From NCBI GenBank assembly GCA_964252035.1, contig OZ176203.1: a stretch of 64,000 nt of DNA; one strand, 5' to 3'. The first letter of the stretch is position 1. Every line of letters starts with the position of its first letter. Source of the DNA: Podarcis erhardii. Taxonomy: Eukaryota. The notes beneath the pieces were generated by a model. The model made no database searches. It was not told the DNA's origin and was given only the letters and a program-made list of their open reading frames with translations. The translations under genes were made by a program, and so were the position numbers. This document shows, one piece after another, positions 24,849-37,128 of the stretch.

Positions 24849-27800
24849 TATTTTAAAAGGGAAGCACCTCATGCCTAATAGTTGTGGTCAAATGGAGAGA
24901 CTCCTAAATGAAGCTTGTTAACTACTTCTGGGTATTTTTACTTCTTTCCCATAAGCTGAAGTATGGCTTGGGAAACGCTACCAATAATTTAGTTCTAGTA
25001 TTTATTAAAGCTCTTTTTATTCTGGGCTAATGAAATTTACAGAGTATCTTACAGAAGAGGAAAGCCCTCCACCGCCCCCATCTGTGTAGCAAGACTGGGT
25101 TTTTTTGTGAAACATCTCCACACAAAAATGCTAAATTGGGAACTTGGAAGGGCATTCTGTGTCACAGAGGCACTCTCAGACAGTGCTTGGTCTCTGAAGT
25201 ACTCCCAATGCAGACTCGCCCTGAAGCTTAAAGCTTAAAACCATGACAGAGTAAAGACAGGGGAAAGTTAGAAGAGCTTCACCTGGAAGCCTCTCTGGGG
25301 TTCTCAAGATCTGAGTAGGTAGGTACATATGGATAGATTGCTTCCAAAGGTACCCTGGCCTCAAGCTGTGAAAATAGACTGGGAACCAGTGAAGACTGGC
25401 AAAAAGCATGCATGATATGCTCATGTTGCCCACTCCCCAAGTTAATGGTCTCACAGCCACATCCTGGCCTCATGGTTGAAAGCGGTATGCTTCTGAATAC
25501 CAGTTGATCAAAACTACAGGAGGGGAGGGTGCTCTTGCACTCAGGTCCTACTTGCAGGATCTCCTGGGCATGGCTACTGTGAGAGCAGGACGCTGTATTA
25601 GAAGGGCCATTGTACCCATTCCAGAAGGCTGTTTCAAGACCATAAGGCAGCCATTATGGCATAGTGTCAGATCTAAGTGGCAATGTTTCTGTTCCTTGCC
25701 TCCTGGTCTAATCCTTTTGTTTCCAAATGAAAGGTGGAAGGAAAAGGGGTGTAGAAGGCAGCTCCTCTATGTAAAATTTATCAGTAAGAAGGATCATGCA
25801 TTCAGAGGTTCACTGCACACATAAGCAGGGTGGGGTGGGGGAAAAACAGTTGTACATTTCTCTCTTTGTTTCTTTTATTTTAGCAGCACAGATTATTTAT
25901 TAACTGAATGATTGTTTCAGTCTGTCTGCAGTCTCAAGATTTTGCTACATTTCATGCATAGCTTCATCACATTTCCTGATTCAGCTTCAGGCTATCACAT
26001 TTGGGGTGGTTTTCATACTACTTTTTTTGTATAGAGTCCAACAAAAATAATGATAAATTAATGTAAAAAATGCCTGTTTCACTGGATTGTTTTTTGCCCT
26101 AAAGAATATGTTGGAAAGTTAGCACCCACATCCATTTTATTAATTTTAGGATGGGAGAGAGAAAGAATCAGCCATTGTTTCAAATCCAGAAGATGCTGTT
26201 TTTAATGCTATACTGAATCCTGGGGACAAGCCTTAATGATGGCATGAAAGCTGAACCTGTGATGTTCTGGCCTAAAGCCAAGTCTTTTGATTGGAGCTGA
26301 AGTGACACCTTCAGTTCCTCTTCTCAGATCAACACAGTAATTTACTTGTCTTTCGTGGTCCCATGTGTTTTATATTGTTTCCAGCTTTTTCATACTATAG
26401 TTGTTTAAATGGTCCTGGTTTTAACCCTTCGAGATCTCTCTTGCTTAAAGCTACAATCCTATGCATACCTAGCTGGAAATAAGTCCCATTAAGCAGAGTA
26501 GGACTTACTTCTGAGAAACATGCAAAGGATTACACTACATGTTACTTAAGTTTATTCAGACTGTATACAATCTCTCCATGGTTGCCATGTATGGTTTTAA
26601 TGAACATCTACATTTATACTTCTGAATTAGCAGCAACTAGATGAGGTCATAGGGATTATATAAACGAGTTTTATGTTTATGGTCTCAAAAATTACCCAAA
26701 GTCAAATGACTACTTATGGCTGATGTGCTAATAATTCCTTGCTGTTTTGTCACATGGGTACCATAAGTCATGTCCTTTGACATCCCCAGTTGTGTTTTGG
26801 GTATCCATGAATAGTTGTGTGAACTTATAGCCATTGTGAAAGGATTTGATTAAAGCTGAAAAGGCTGAAGGCTGAGATGCCAATTGCTTTTTGAGAGTTC
26901 AGTCTTGCAAGATTTCTCCAGCCTGTTGAATGCTATGCTATAATTCCCCCAAGTGGTATTGTATGTTTAGGGCTGCTCTGAGTATTCTCCAGAAGTCTTC
27001 CTTCCTATGCTTCTGTTGCTCTTCCAAAGTAGGGAGGTTCACTGTCTGTAGATACAGGTGCTTAATATACATTTCCTTATATTATTGTTGAATTGATTTA
27101 TTATGGTCACAGGCCAGAAATAATACATCTCCTTTTAGAGAACATGCAGAGCTGTTGTTCTTGGGGTTTCTCAGGGGACCTGATCTCCAGGTCTTTTGCT
27201 TTGGACCCCAGATCTTCTGCCCCTTCTCCCCACTTTAAAACACATTTTTCCCCTTACAGAGCAGCTCAGTGCACTGCAAAGCACACTGTTAGTGAGAGCT
27301 CAGTTATCCACCATCTCATTTTGCCCAGAGGTAGGATGGGATTACCCTAAGCCTGCTGATAGCCCCTTCATGTATATGGCTCACATCGTTTGGCTATATA
27401 AATGAAGCAAAGGTGTCATTTTCTTTATTGAAACAAAGGCATTTTTCCAAATGCAGAGTTAACTTAGAGACAGGCAGTGAAGTATCTTTCACTGACAGTA
27501 CTAACACTATGATCATTATTCATTGGGAAAATGCACTCATGCATAATACCCCAAATTGCTATCACATAGAAAAAAGTATCTCACATTGTACACCATACTC
27601 TGCCTATGATATATTGAAGAATGCATTTTTCCCCCCACTTCTCCATACATACTGATATTGAAGCTGATACTGAAGCAAAACATATTTTACATGTAGTTGT
27701 AAAGAAATATTCACATATACTTGTACATTGATAAACAATGTAGTTTTCATAGAGGGAGAGAATACAAGTGCTGAATGAAGTTTTGAATAAGCAACTCAGT

Positions 27801-28797
27801 AGGGAAAATATACTCAATTGTTTGTGCAGAAATTCCCAGATTGTGAAAATGCACACATAAATGATGTATCACACATCAGAGAAAAACACTGAGTACACCC
27901 AGTACAGTCATCACACCTTGAAAATTGACATAAAAATTTAAGCCAATATGAATATAGCACTCCTAAAAGCCTAATCGAGTCGATCGCACCACAGCCAGGT
28001 ACATCTGTTCTCAGCACTAACCGTTATCATTAACATAAAACACTTAAAATCACTAAGCTTCAAGTCTGGGGACAGATTTTTCCAAGAAGAATCTGCTAAA
28101 TAGATTTTAGCAGTGCAGCAAGTGGGGACCTTGGCTACATTAGACTTATACGTTTTTGCATCTCAAAGGCCTGTGAACTGTTTTCAGAGGAACAGTCTGA
28201 ATGAAGAATAACGCTCACACTGTATAGCAATTTCTTTATCACTGTTTAAATGTGGAGGTAAAAGCCTTGAAGCTGTATGAATAGAACTTAAACGTATCAA
28301 ACTGGAAAGAAATGGTTTTGGAAGGATTTTTTTTTTTTAAAAAAAATGCATTTCATTAAAAGTCACGAAGGTGTAAAACTGAACATCAAATATAGGACTT
28401 AGTAAGAGTGCACTTTAGGGTATTTGGGTTGTGGGTGACTGGAAGTCATACCTGTTATTTTCCCGGCCGAAAAGGAGCGTTTGAGAAATCGCTAGCCTCT
28501 TTCTGTTTACGTCAGGTGTTGTGTGCTGGATATATGGCACTAGGGCTGCACATCTCTAGTGCCACTGAAATCAATAGGGCATATTCCCTGGAAGATGCAT
28601 GTGGGTTGGTAGTTTTACTCTTTGAAAAAGAGGTCAAAACAGAGAATTTGTTCTATTACCTCCTTGGTTCATTTATGTTTGTTTGCATTTCTAGTGTGAT
28701 TTTACCTTTCTTGTGGGGATGGAGGAGAGTGAGACATCTGGACTACATAATTTTGATGGAAATGCACTAAGCAAAATAATTTTATCTTCTATATGTA

Positions 28798-29042
28798 CAG
28801 TCATACCTTGGGGTGAATACGCTTCGGGTTAGGCAAATTCGGGTTGCACTCCGCGGCGACCCAGAAGTAATGGAGCGTGTTACTTCCGGGTTTTGCCGAG
28901 CGCGCATGCACAGACCATCCAAATGATGTCACGCGCATGCGCAGAAGCACCAAAATGTGCACACGCGGACACGGGTTACGTTCGCTTCGGGATGCGAACG
29001 GGGCTCCAGAACGGATCCCGTTCCCATCCCGAGGTACCACTG
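28798..29042. mobile_element. TA-target MITE, 245 bp, CpG-rich
   Basis: Left end CAGTCATACCTTGGG, right end CCCGAGGTACCACTG; TA flanks. Confidence 0.85.
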
Positions 29043-29379
29043 TATAACTTTTAATAAAAGGAGAACCCTGTTTTGCATAATAAGAGTCATTGATTCATAA
29101 CTGATTGAGAGTGATTATTGCCAGCTTTGTCTGGAGTCATGAAGGTAAAATAAAAATGACAAAGAGTGCTGGAGCACTTAGCTGTTTTGTTTGCTTTTTG
29201 GCATGAGCTTTTGTATATACAACAGCTGATTTCAGATTCAAGATGGATGATTAGCCTTCCATTGATGATCTTTAAAAACCATTCAGAAGCTATGGGGAAC
29301 TGAGGCTGCTCCGGCTTCTTTCAGACCTGCCTTTTATAGGCAGCACTGTAGGTCCACTTTCTAGCATTTGGGTCTCATT

Positions 29380-30450
29380 CAGGGGAGCATATCTCTGAGT
29401 GAAAGTTTTTAGGATCCAGGGCAAAGCTAGAAGGGGAAAAAATCCACTCAATGAGAATAGGCAACACACTCCAAAAGTTTAGAAGCAAAAGGCAGCAGAG
29501 AGAAGAGACAATAATCAGAAAGAAAAGAGGGATCAAGAGGGGTTTTTTTATGAATAGAAGAAACTGTAGCATGTGTGTGCATTAGTGGAAATGAGCCAGA
29601 CAAAAGAGACATGTTAAAAGTGGAGAGATAATGATAACGGTAGTTAGATGACAAGCTGGAACCAAATCAAGGGGACAAGTAGAAGGATTGGGAGAGGACA
29701 ACAAATGGGACACCACCTAGAGGGGCTGAAGAAGAAGTCAAAGAATGAGTGGTAGTATGTAAAGCCAGTAGAGGAGTAACAGCTGCTGCAAAAACAGAAC
29801 AAATAATATGAATCTTATACGAAAAAACGTGGCAAAATCCTGAGTTAAGAAGGAAGAGACAGTGGAGCAGACTTCAAGAGTGAGTTAAAAGTAGGAAAAA
29901 ACAAAACAACAACAATGAGGATTCCCAGAAGTTAAAGAAGAATACTACTGCTTCTTGACAAAAGAAAGAGAGAATAAAAAAGAAGAAAGAACAAATTTAT
30001 AATTAACATAAATCAATCCATTTCTTAGTCTGCTTCCAAAGACGTTCAGCCAGCCTAGCACAGGGATGAAGATATCAAATGCAAAGAGTAAACCACAGCT
30101 CAGGCCAAGAGTAGAACTCAGTTGAGGTGGGATATGAGCTACACCAAAAGAGTAGCAAAATTAATCTGAGATTTCATATCAAAAGAAGTGATAGAAGAGA
30201 GAAAATGAGAACCAGAAGAATCAAACAGATTATCCGGATTAATATTGTGGTGCCTGAGTACCAAAGTATTATCTGTAGGAAGAAAACAACAACAGTGAGC
30301 CAGGAACCAAAACCCGATATAAAGGATAAAAGAGGGCCAGGTGGGCAATAAACAACTGCAACCCGATGCAGTAGGGAGTAAGATGAAGAGTGTGGTGGGA
30401 AGAGACTGAAACTGATGAAGTAGACAAAAGAAGCCCCACCACCACCCAGC
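29380..30450 (-). mobile_element. ancient L2 LINE fragment (endonuclease end to RT start), highly decayed
   Basis: The minus strand gives KKTPLDPSFLSDYCLFSLLPFASKLLECVAYSH (L2 RT-entry motif) and a GGGVGLL-like endonuclease remnant. Confidence 0.7.
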
Positions 30451-30863
30451 CCTCCAATTGACCAGTATGAGAAAATTATAAACTTCCTGCCTGTTCCATT
30501 TATCCTCTTACACTTTCCAAGATGTTGGAGTCAAATGGTCCAACTTAATGAATAATATGTTTCTCTTATTTTGTAGTGTTTTGGTGTCACATGAAGCTTG
30601 CCATCTTTTTAACTTGCTTTACTACTGTGCCAGGCATAAATTTAGCAGGTGAAATAGTTCCTGGCATGAAAATAAAAGTGATGAGGAAAAAATGTGGAAA
30701 CTTAATTTCTTCTTCGTCTTCCTCTCTCATCTGCTTCTACATACTAGGATGCTGTTATAAAGGCCGAGGATCAGGAACGATATTTAAAAAACTGGGAACC
30801 CTAATTAACATCATTGATGCAGTGAGCCATCAGTATAATGCTAATATAAAAGCCTTGCATCAC

Positions 30864-30908
<45 letters not shown>
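30864..30908. repeat. (AG)n microsatellite
   Basis: Read directly. Confidence 0.95.
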
Positions 30909-30910
<2 letters not shown>

Positions 30911-31171
30911 ATCTATTAGGACTTTGTGGCAGGACAAAGCCAATCTCATAGTTGATACGATTGCAGCAGGCTACTACATCCCTAATCCAGGATTTCTGAC
31001 GTAGGGATAAAAGGAATAAACTTTTTGCTAGAAAAAAAAGCTAATAAAGTTGCCAGGAACAGATATTTTGTAATCTGTGCTAAATATCTGCTGGAAAAAC
31101 ATGAGCAGCAACGAAGCTGAGAAGACACTAAAAGAAATTCAGGGCAAAGTGCCAGACGCCCAGACGGAAGC

Positions 31172-31454
31172 NNNNNNNNNNNNNNNNNNNNNNNNNNNNN
31201 NNNNNNNNNNNNNNNNNNNNNNNNNNNNNNNNNNNNNNNNNNNNNNNNNNNNNNNNNNNNNNNNNNNNNNNNNNNNNNNNNNNNNNNNNNNNNNNNNNNN
31301 NNNNNNNNNNNNNNNNNNNNNNNNNNNNNNNNNNNNNNNNNNNNNNNNNNNNNNNNNNNNNNNNNNNNNNNNNNNNNNNNNNNNNNNNNNNNNNNNNNNN
31401 NNNNNNNNNNNNNNNNNNNNNNNNNNNNNNNNNNNNNNNNNNNNNNNNNNNNNN
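31172..31454. other. assembly gap (283 N)
   Basis: Run of N. Confidence 1.
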
Positions 31455-31727
31455 GGCACTGAATGTTTTCCAGCAGGACAAGAATATTTCCGCCTATAAT
31501 GGAATGGCAGGGGAAAGTGGGGGGAAAGAGCTGGTCATAAGACACCACTTGAAAAATGTCAGATAAGCTGCTAGTCCTTAAAAGTTACAACACATGCAAA
31601 TAGTTGGAAAGGGGAAAAATGATGCAAGTAGATTACCTGGCAAGTTCTTTTCTGTCAAAGTTGAATTGGTAAATGGAAAGGAATAATGTAGAGGATGTAC
31701 CTCAAGAGATACATACAGTAATTGTAG

Positions 31728-31818
31728 GGCAGCTTTCACCAAACCGGTGCCCTCCAGATGTTTTAGACTACAGCTCTCAGCAGCTGAATTGACTGGGGCA
31801 GATGGGAGTTATAGTCCA

Positions 31819-31820
<2 letters not shown>
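31728..31820. mobile_element. short hairpin MITE fragment (CCCTCCAGATGTT..GACTACA family)
   Basis: Similar fragments occur near 7740, 13570-13640 and 23230-23320. Confidence 0.6.

Positions 31821-31863
<43 letters not shown>
31819..31863. repeat. (AAT)n microsatellite
   Basis: About 15 units read directly. Confidence 0.97.
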
Positions 31864-31869
<6 letters not shown>

Positions 31870-31873
31870 CAAT

Positions 31874-32096
31874 TACAGATAGGTAGCCGTGTTGGTCTGC
31901 CATAGTCAAAACAAAACAAATTCCTTCCAGTAGCACCTTAAAGACCAACTAAGTCAGTTCTTGGTATGAGCTTTCGTGTGCATGCACACTTCTTCAGTGT
32001 GTATCTGAAGAAGTGTGCATGCACACGAAAGCTCATACCAAGAACTGACTTAGTTGGTCTTTAAGGTGCTACTGGAAGGAATTTGTTTTGTTTTGA
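31874..32096. mobile_element. Penelope-like element remnant forming a perfect palindrome
   Basis: 92-bp arms at 31906-31997 and 32005-32096 with a 7-nt spacer; extra terminal segment GATAGGTAGCCGTGTTGGTCTGCCATAG on the left. Confidence 0.85.
32001..32038 (+). ncRNA. minimal type I hammerhead ribozyme motif
   Basis: Identical to 5216-5253: GTAT-CTGAAGAA-GTGTGCATGCACAC-GAAAGCTC-ATAC. Confidence 0.7.
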
Positions 32097-33335
32097 ATAA
32101 ATAACAATTTATTGTTTATATTTCCCCAGCCACTCTGGGTGGCTTCCAACAAAATACTAAAATACAATAGTCCTTCAGATATTAAAAGTTTCCCTAAACA
32201 GGGCTGCCTTCAGATGTATCCTAAATGTCTGGTAGTTGTTTTTTCCTTTGACATCTGGTGGGAGGGTGTTCCACAAGGTGAGTGCCACTACCAAGAAGGC
32301 CCTCTGCCTGGTTCCCTGTAACTTCACTTCTTGCAGTGAGGGGACCGCCAGAAGGCCCTCGGCGCTGGACCTCAGTGTCCGGGCAGAATGATGGGGGTGG
32401 AGACGCTCCTTCAGGTATGAGCTGAGGCCGTTTAGGGCTTTAAAGGTCAGCACCAACACTTTGAAATGTGCTCGGAAACATACTGGGAGCCAATGTAGGT
32501 CTTTCAAGACTGGTGTTATGTGGTCTCAGTGGCCGCTCCCAGTCTTCAGTCTAGCTGCCACATTCTGGAGTAGTTGTAGTTTCCGGGTCACCTTCAAAGG
32601 TAGGGTGCATTGCAGTAGTCCAAGCGGGAGATAACCAGAGCATGCACCACTCTGGCAAGACAGTCTGTGGGCAGGTATGGTCTCAGCCTGCGTACCAGAT
32701 GGAGCTGGTAAACAGCCCTGGACACAGAATTGACCTATGCCTCCATGGACAGCTGCGAGTCCAAAATGACTCCCAGGCTTTGCACCTGGTCCTTCAGGGG
32801 CATAGTTACCCCATTCAGGACCAGAGAGTCCTCCCTCCCTGCCTGCCTCCTGTCCCCCCAAAACAGTACTTCTGTCTTGTCAGGATTTAACCTCAATCTG
32901 TTAGCCGCCATCCATCCTCCAACTGCCTTCAGACACTCACACAGGACCTTCACCGCCTTCACTGGTTCTGATTTGAAAGAATGGGAAAGAGCTGGGTATC
33001 ATCTGCATACTGATGAACACCCAGCCCAAACCCCCTGATGATTTCTCCCAGCAGCTTCATGTAGATGTTGAAAAGCATGGGGAAGAGGACAGAATCCTGA
33101 GAGCCCAGGGGTCTGAACACTCATCCCCCACCACCACTTTCTGAACACGGCCCAGGAGGAAGGAGCGGAACCACTGTATGACAGTGCCCCCAGCTCCCAG
33201 CCCCTCAAGATGGTCCAGAAGGACCTTATGGTCGGTGGTATCAAAAGCCGCTGAAGAGATCCAGCAGAACTAGGAAACATCTCTCACCTTTGTCTCTAGC
33301 CCACCAGAGATCATCGACCAGCACAACCAAGACCA
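32097..33335 (-). mobile_element. L2 LINE, 5'-truncated 3' portion, frameshifted
   Basis: Minus-strand translations [27 protein letters not shown] and [15 protein letters not shown]; same 3' UTR as the 34-37 kb element. Confidence 0.95.
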
Positions 33336-33478
33336 AATTATCTTGAGGGTACCAAGCTGATGACGGCTGTTGTAGGGAGCCATCTGTTTGCCCAACCAGG
33401 TTGGAGACCACTGCTTTTGGGAGCCACATGTTTACCTTGTGATCCTGGTTAAGCAACCTCTTTGCAGTCTTCACCAGG

Positions 33479-33895
33479 GGAGGACTCTCCTGTATGTGAG
33501 TGTCTGAGGGCCCTGCTCCTTCCTGCCACTCACCATCTGGCCTGGGGCAGGGCCTGAAGCCTCATAAAGGACTGCTGGACTCTGCTGCCCAGGAGGACTC
33601 TCCTGTATGTGAGTGTCTGAGGGCCCTGCTCCTTCCTGCCACTCACCATCTGGCCTGGGGCGGGGCCTGAAGCCTCATAAAGGACTGCTGGACTCTGCTG
33701 CCCGGGAGGACTCTCCTGTATGTGAGTGTCTGAGGGCCCTGCTCCTTCCTGCCACTCACCATCTGGCCTGGGGCGGGGCCTGAGGCCTCACAAGGACTGC
33801 TGGACTCTGCTGCCCAGGAGGACTCTCCTGTATGTGAGTGTCTGAGGGCCCTGCTCCTTCCTGCCACTCACCATCTGGCCTGGGGCAGGGCCTGA
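33479..33895. repeat. 113-bp tandem array (about 3.7 copies) at the L2 5' end
   Basis: AGGACTCTCC recurs at 33481, 33594, 33707 and 33819; the units are nearly identical. Confidence 0.96.
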
Positions 33896-34186
33896 TGGGC
33901 CTCACTAGAACAGTTGCTGTTACTGCCGGAGGGGTGCAAAGTGCTTTTAAAATGTTTTAAAATTTTTATTTTGAATTTTTTGTATGTGGCGGGGGGGTGC
34001 GGTGGATGTTTATTGGGCCTGGGAATTTGTTTGATTTTATGTTTTTGTAATTTTGTAATTTTTATTGTTTTTTGTTTATATTGTCTTATTTGTGTTTTTT
34101 TGTTTGTTTGTTTGTTTCTTAAAGGGGTTATTTTGTTCTTAAGGGGAGGGGTCAGGGCTGCCGGGGAATGGGCCCCAGCCCACAAA

Positions 34187-37128
34187 ATGGCTGGGATATG
34201 CTTCACAGGGGGGAATGCACTAGGACAACCGATCTCAGTGATCACGGGTAGGAGGAGGAGTTACGCTAAGACCAGACCATGTCATTACAGAGGAGGCAGG
34301 TTTAGTCGTTGTCTGAGGACTATCCCTGCCTCTGGGTCTGGTCCTGACCGGATGAATACTAGAATCAGCAAGGGATACCCACATGACCTGAAAGTGTTGC
34401 TGTGCAATGCCAGGTCAATGATTCATAAGACCACTGCCATCCATGACTTGATCATGGATGGAGGACTTGACCTGGCATGTGTAACAGAGACTTGGTTGGA
34501 TGAAGCAGATGGGCCTGTCCTTGCTGCTGCTTGTCCACCAGGTTTCTCTTACGCACAGCAACCCAGGTCATGTGGGCGGGGAGGGGGGGTTGCAGTGATT
34601 CTTAGGAAGTCATTAGTTTGCACCAGGCGTCCTATTGGGAAGACCCAGTTTTCTGAGTGCATGTTCTGGAAGTTGGGCAATAGGGGCAGTACAGGATTCC
34701 TTTTGGTGTACCGACCTCCCCGCTGCACCAAGGATTCCCTGCCCGAGCTGCTTCAGGTCGTGGCGGATGTTCTCCTGGAGACACCTAGCTTGGTTGTCCT
34801 AGGGGATTTTAACATCCATGCCGACACGACCTTACAAGGGGCCGCTCGGGACTTCGTGGAAAGCATGGCCTCCATGGGGCTGTCCCTGAATAAGTCTGGC
34901 CCAACCCATAGCCGCGGACATGCCTTGGACCTGGTGTTTACCTCTACGGATGTTGGTGATCTGACACTAAGTAAAAGCGAAACGAAAGAAGTGCCATGGT
35001 CAGATCACTTCCTGGTGCAACTGGACTTCTCCGCGACCCATCCCCTCTGCAGGGAGGTGGGACCGATTCGGATGGTCCGCCCCCGCCACTTAATGGATCC
35101 AAATGGTTTCCAGAGAGTGGTTGGGGATGCTTTATCCCATGTTGATGGCCTTTCAGCCGATTCCCTGGTGGCCCGCTGGAATGTGGAGTTAACCAGGGCT
35201 ATTGACTGTTTGGCTCCGAAGCGCCCTCTCCGATTGCATGAAGCCCGGAGAGCCCCGTGGTTTTCCACGGATCTGAGGGCAATGAAACAATCGTTGAGAC
35301 GGCTAGAGCGCCGGTGGCGGATAACTCATTCTGAATCTGACCGGACACGGGTTAGAGCTCAACGTCGAGCCTACCAAGTGGCGATAGCGACGGCGAAGAA
35401 GACTTTCTTCACCGCCTCTATTGCATCTGCAGAAAACAGCAGCAGGAGACTCTTTCAGGTGGTTCGCAATTTAGCGGAACCACCTGTAACATCGGGGCCC
35501 AGTACGGGCCACATGTTCTCCTGCAATGATTTTGCAAATTTTTTTGCAGATAAAATCGCTCAGATTCGGGAAGAAGTAGACTCCACCGTGGGAGCAGGGC
35601 CGGGGCGGGAGAGTGCTAGAGTCCTGTCTGGTCAAGTTGTGTGGGATCAATTTCAATCTGTTACCTCCGAGGATGTGGACAGGCTGCTTGGACGAGTGAA
35701 GCCAACCACCTGTCTCCTGGATCCTTGCCCATCCTGGCTTATAAAAGCTAGCCGGGAAGGACTGGGCGATGGGCTTCGTGGGGTGGTGAATGCTTCCCTC
35801 CGTGAGGGAGCCTTCCCAGACCCGCTGAAAGAGGCGGTTATTAAACCGCTTCTTAAAAAACCATCTTTAGATGGGGCCACGATGGCCAATTATCGCCCAG
35901 TCTCAAACCTCCCATTCTTGGGCAAGGTGATTGAGCGAGTGGTTGCTGAACAACTCCAGGCACGCCTGGAAGAAGCGGACCATTTGGATCCCTTCCAGTC
36001 GGGATTCAGGCCTCATCATGGGACTGAAACTGCCTTGGTCGCACTGGTTGATGATCTCCGGCGGGCTAGGGACAAAGGTGAGAGCTGTTTCCTAGTTCTG
36101 CTGGATCTCTCAGCGGCGTTTGATACCATCGACCATGACATCCTTCTGGACCGTCTTGAGGGGCTGGGCCGCTCACTTGTGGGGTGCCTCAGGGTTCTGT
36201 CCTCTCCCCCATGCTTTTCAACATCTACATGCAGCCGCTGGGAGGGATCATCAGGAGGTTTGGGCTGGGTGTTCATCAGTATGCAGATGATACCCAGCTC
36301 TACCTCTCTTTTAAATCAGAACCAGTGAAGGCGGTAAAGGTCCTGTGTGAGTGTCTGGAAGCGGTTGGAGGATGGATGGCGGCTAACAGATTGAGGTTGA
36401 ATCCTGACAAGACAGAAGTACTGTTTTTGGGGGACAGGAGGCGGGCAGGTGTGGAGGATTCCCTGGTCCTGAATGGGGTAACTGTGCCCCTGAAGGACCA
36501 GGTGCGCAGCCTGGGAGTCATTTTGGACTCACAGCTGTCCATGGAGGCACAGGTCAAATCTGTATCCAGGGCAGCTGTTTACCAGCTCCATCTGGTACGT
36601 AGGCTGAGACCCTATCTGCCTGCGGACTGTCTCGCCAGAGTGGTACATGCTCTGGTTATCTCCCGCTTGGACTACTGCAATGCGCTCTACGTGGGGCTAC
36701 CTTTGAAGGTGACCCGGAAACTACAACTAATACAGAATGCGGCAGCTAGACTGGTGACTGGGAGCGGCCGCCGAGACCATATATCACCGGTCTTGAAAGA
36801 CCTACATTGGCTCCCAGTACGTTTCCGAGCACAATTCAAAGTGTTGGTGCTGACCTTTAAAGCCCTAAATGGCCTCGGTCCAGTATATCTGAAGGAGCGT
36901 CTCCTCCCCCATCGTTCTGCCCGGACACTGAGGTCTAGCTCCGAGGGCCTTCTGGCGGTTCCCTCACTGCGAGAGGCCAAGTTGCAGGGAACCAGGCAGA
37001 GGGCCTTCTAGGTGGTGGCGCCCGCCCTGTGGAATGCCCTCCCATCGGATGTCAAGGCGATGGACAACTACCTGACATTCAGAAGACATCTGAAGGCAGC
37101 CCTGTTCAGGGAAGTTTTTAATATGTGA
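34187..37128 (+). pseudogene. L2 ORF2 (APE endonuclease + reverse transcriptase), disrupted by a frameshifting deletion at about 36168 and a TAG at 37009-37011
   Basis: Endonuclease motifs LCNARS, VTETWL, VLGDFNIH, LDLVF, WSDH; RT motifs [46 protein letters not shown]; the ATG at 34187 is inferred as the start. Confidence 0.95.

Noticed and set aside
33479-33895. CRISPR-like array
   Set aside because: Head-to-tail tandem units with no unique spacers, in a eukaryotic context with no cas genes.
33914-34186. Hydrophobic Cys/Phe/Leu-rich N-terminus of the 804-aa ORF as a membrane domain
   Set aside because: A translation of T-rich, low-complexity 5' UTR from a non-ATG start; not supported as protein.
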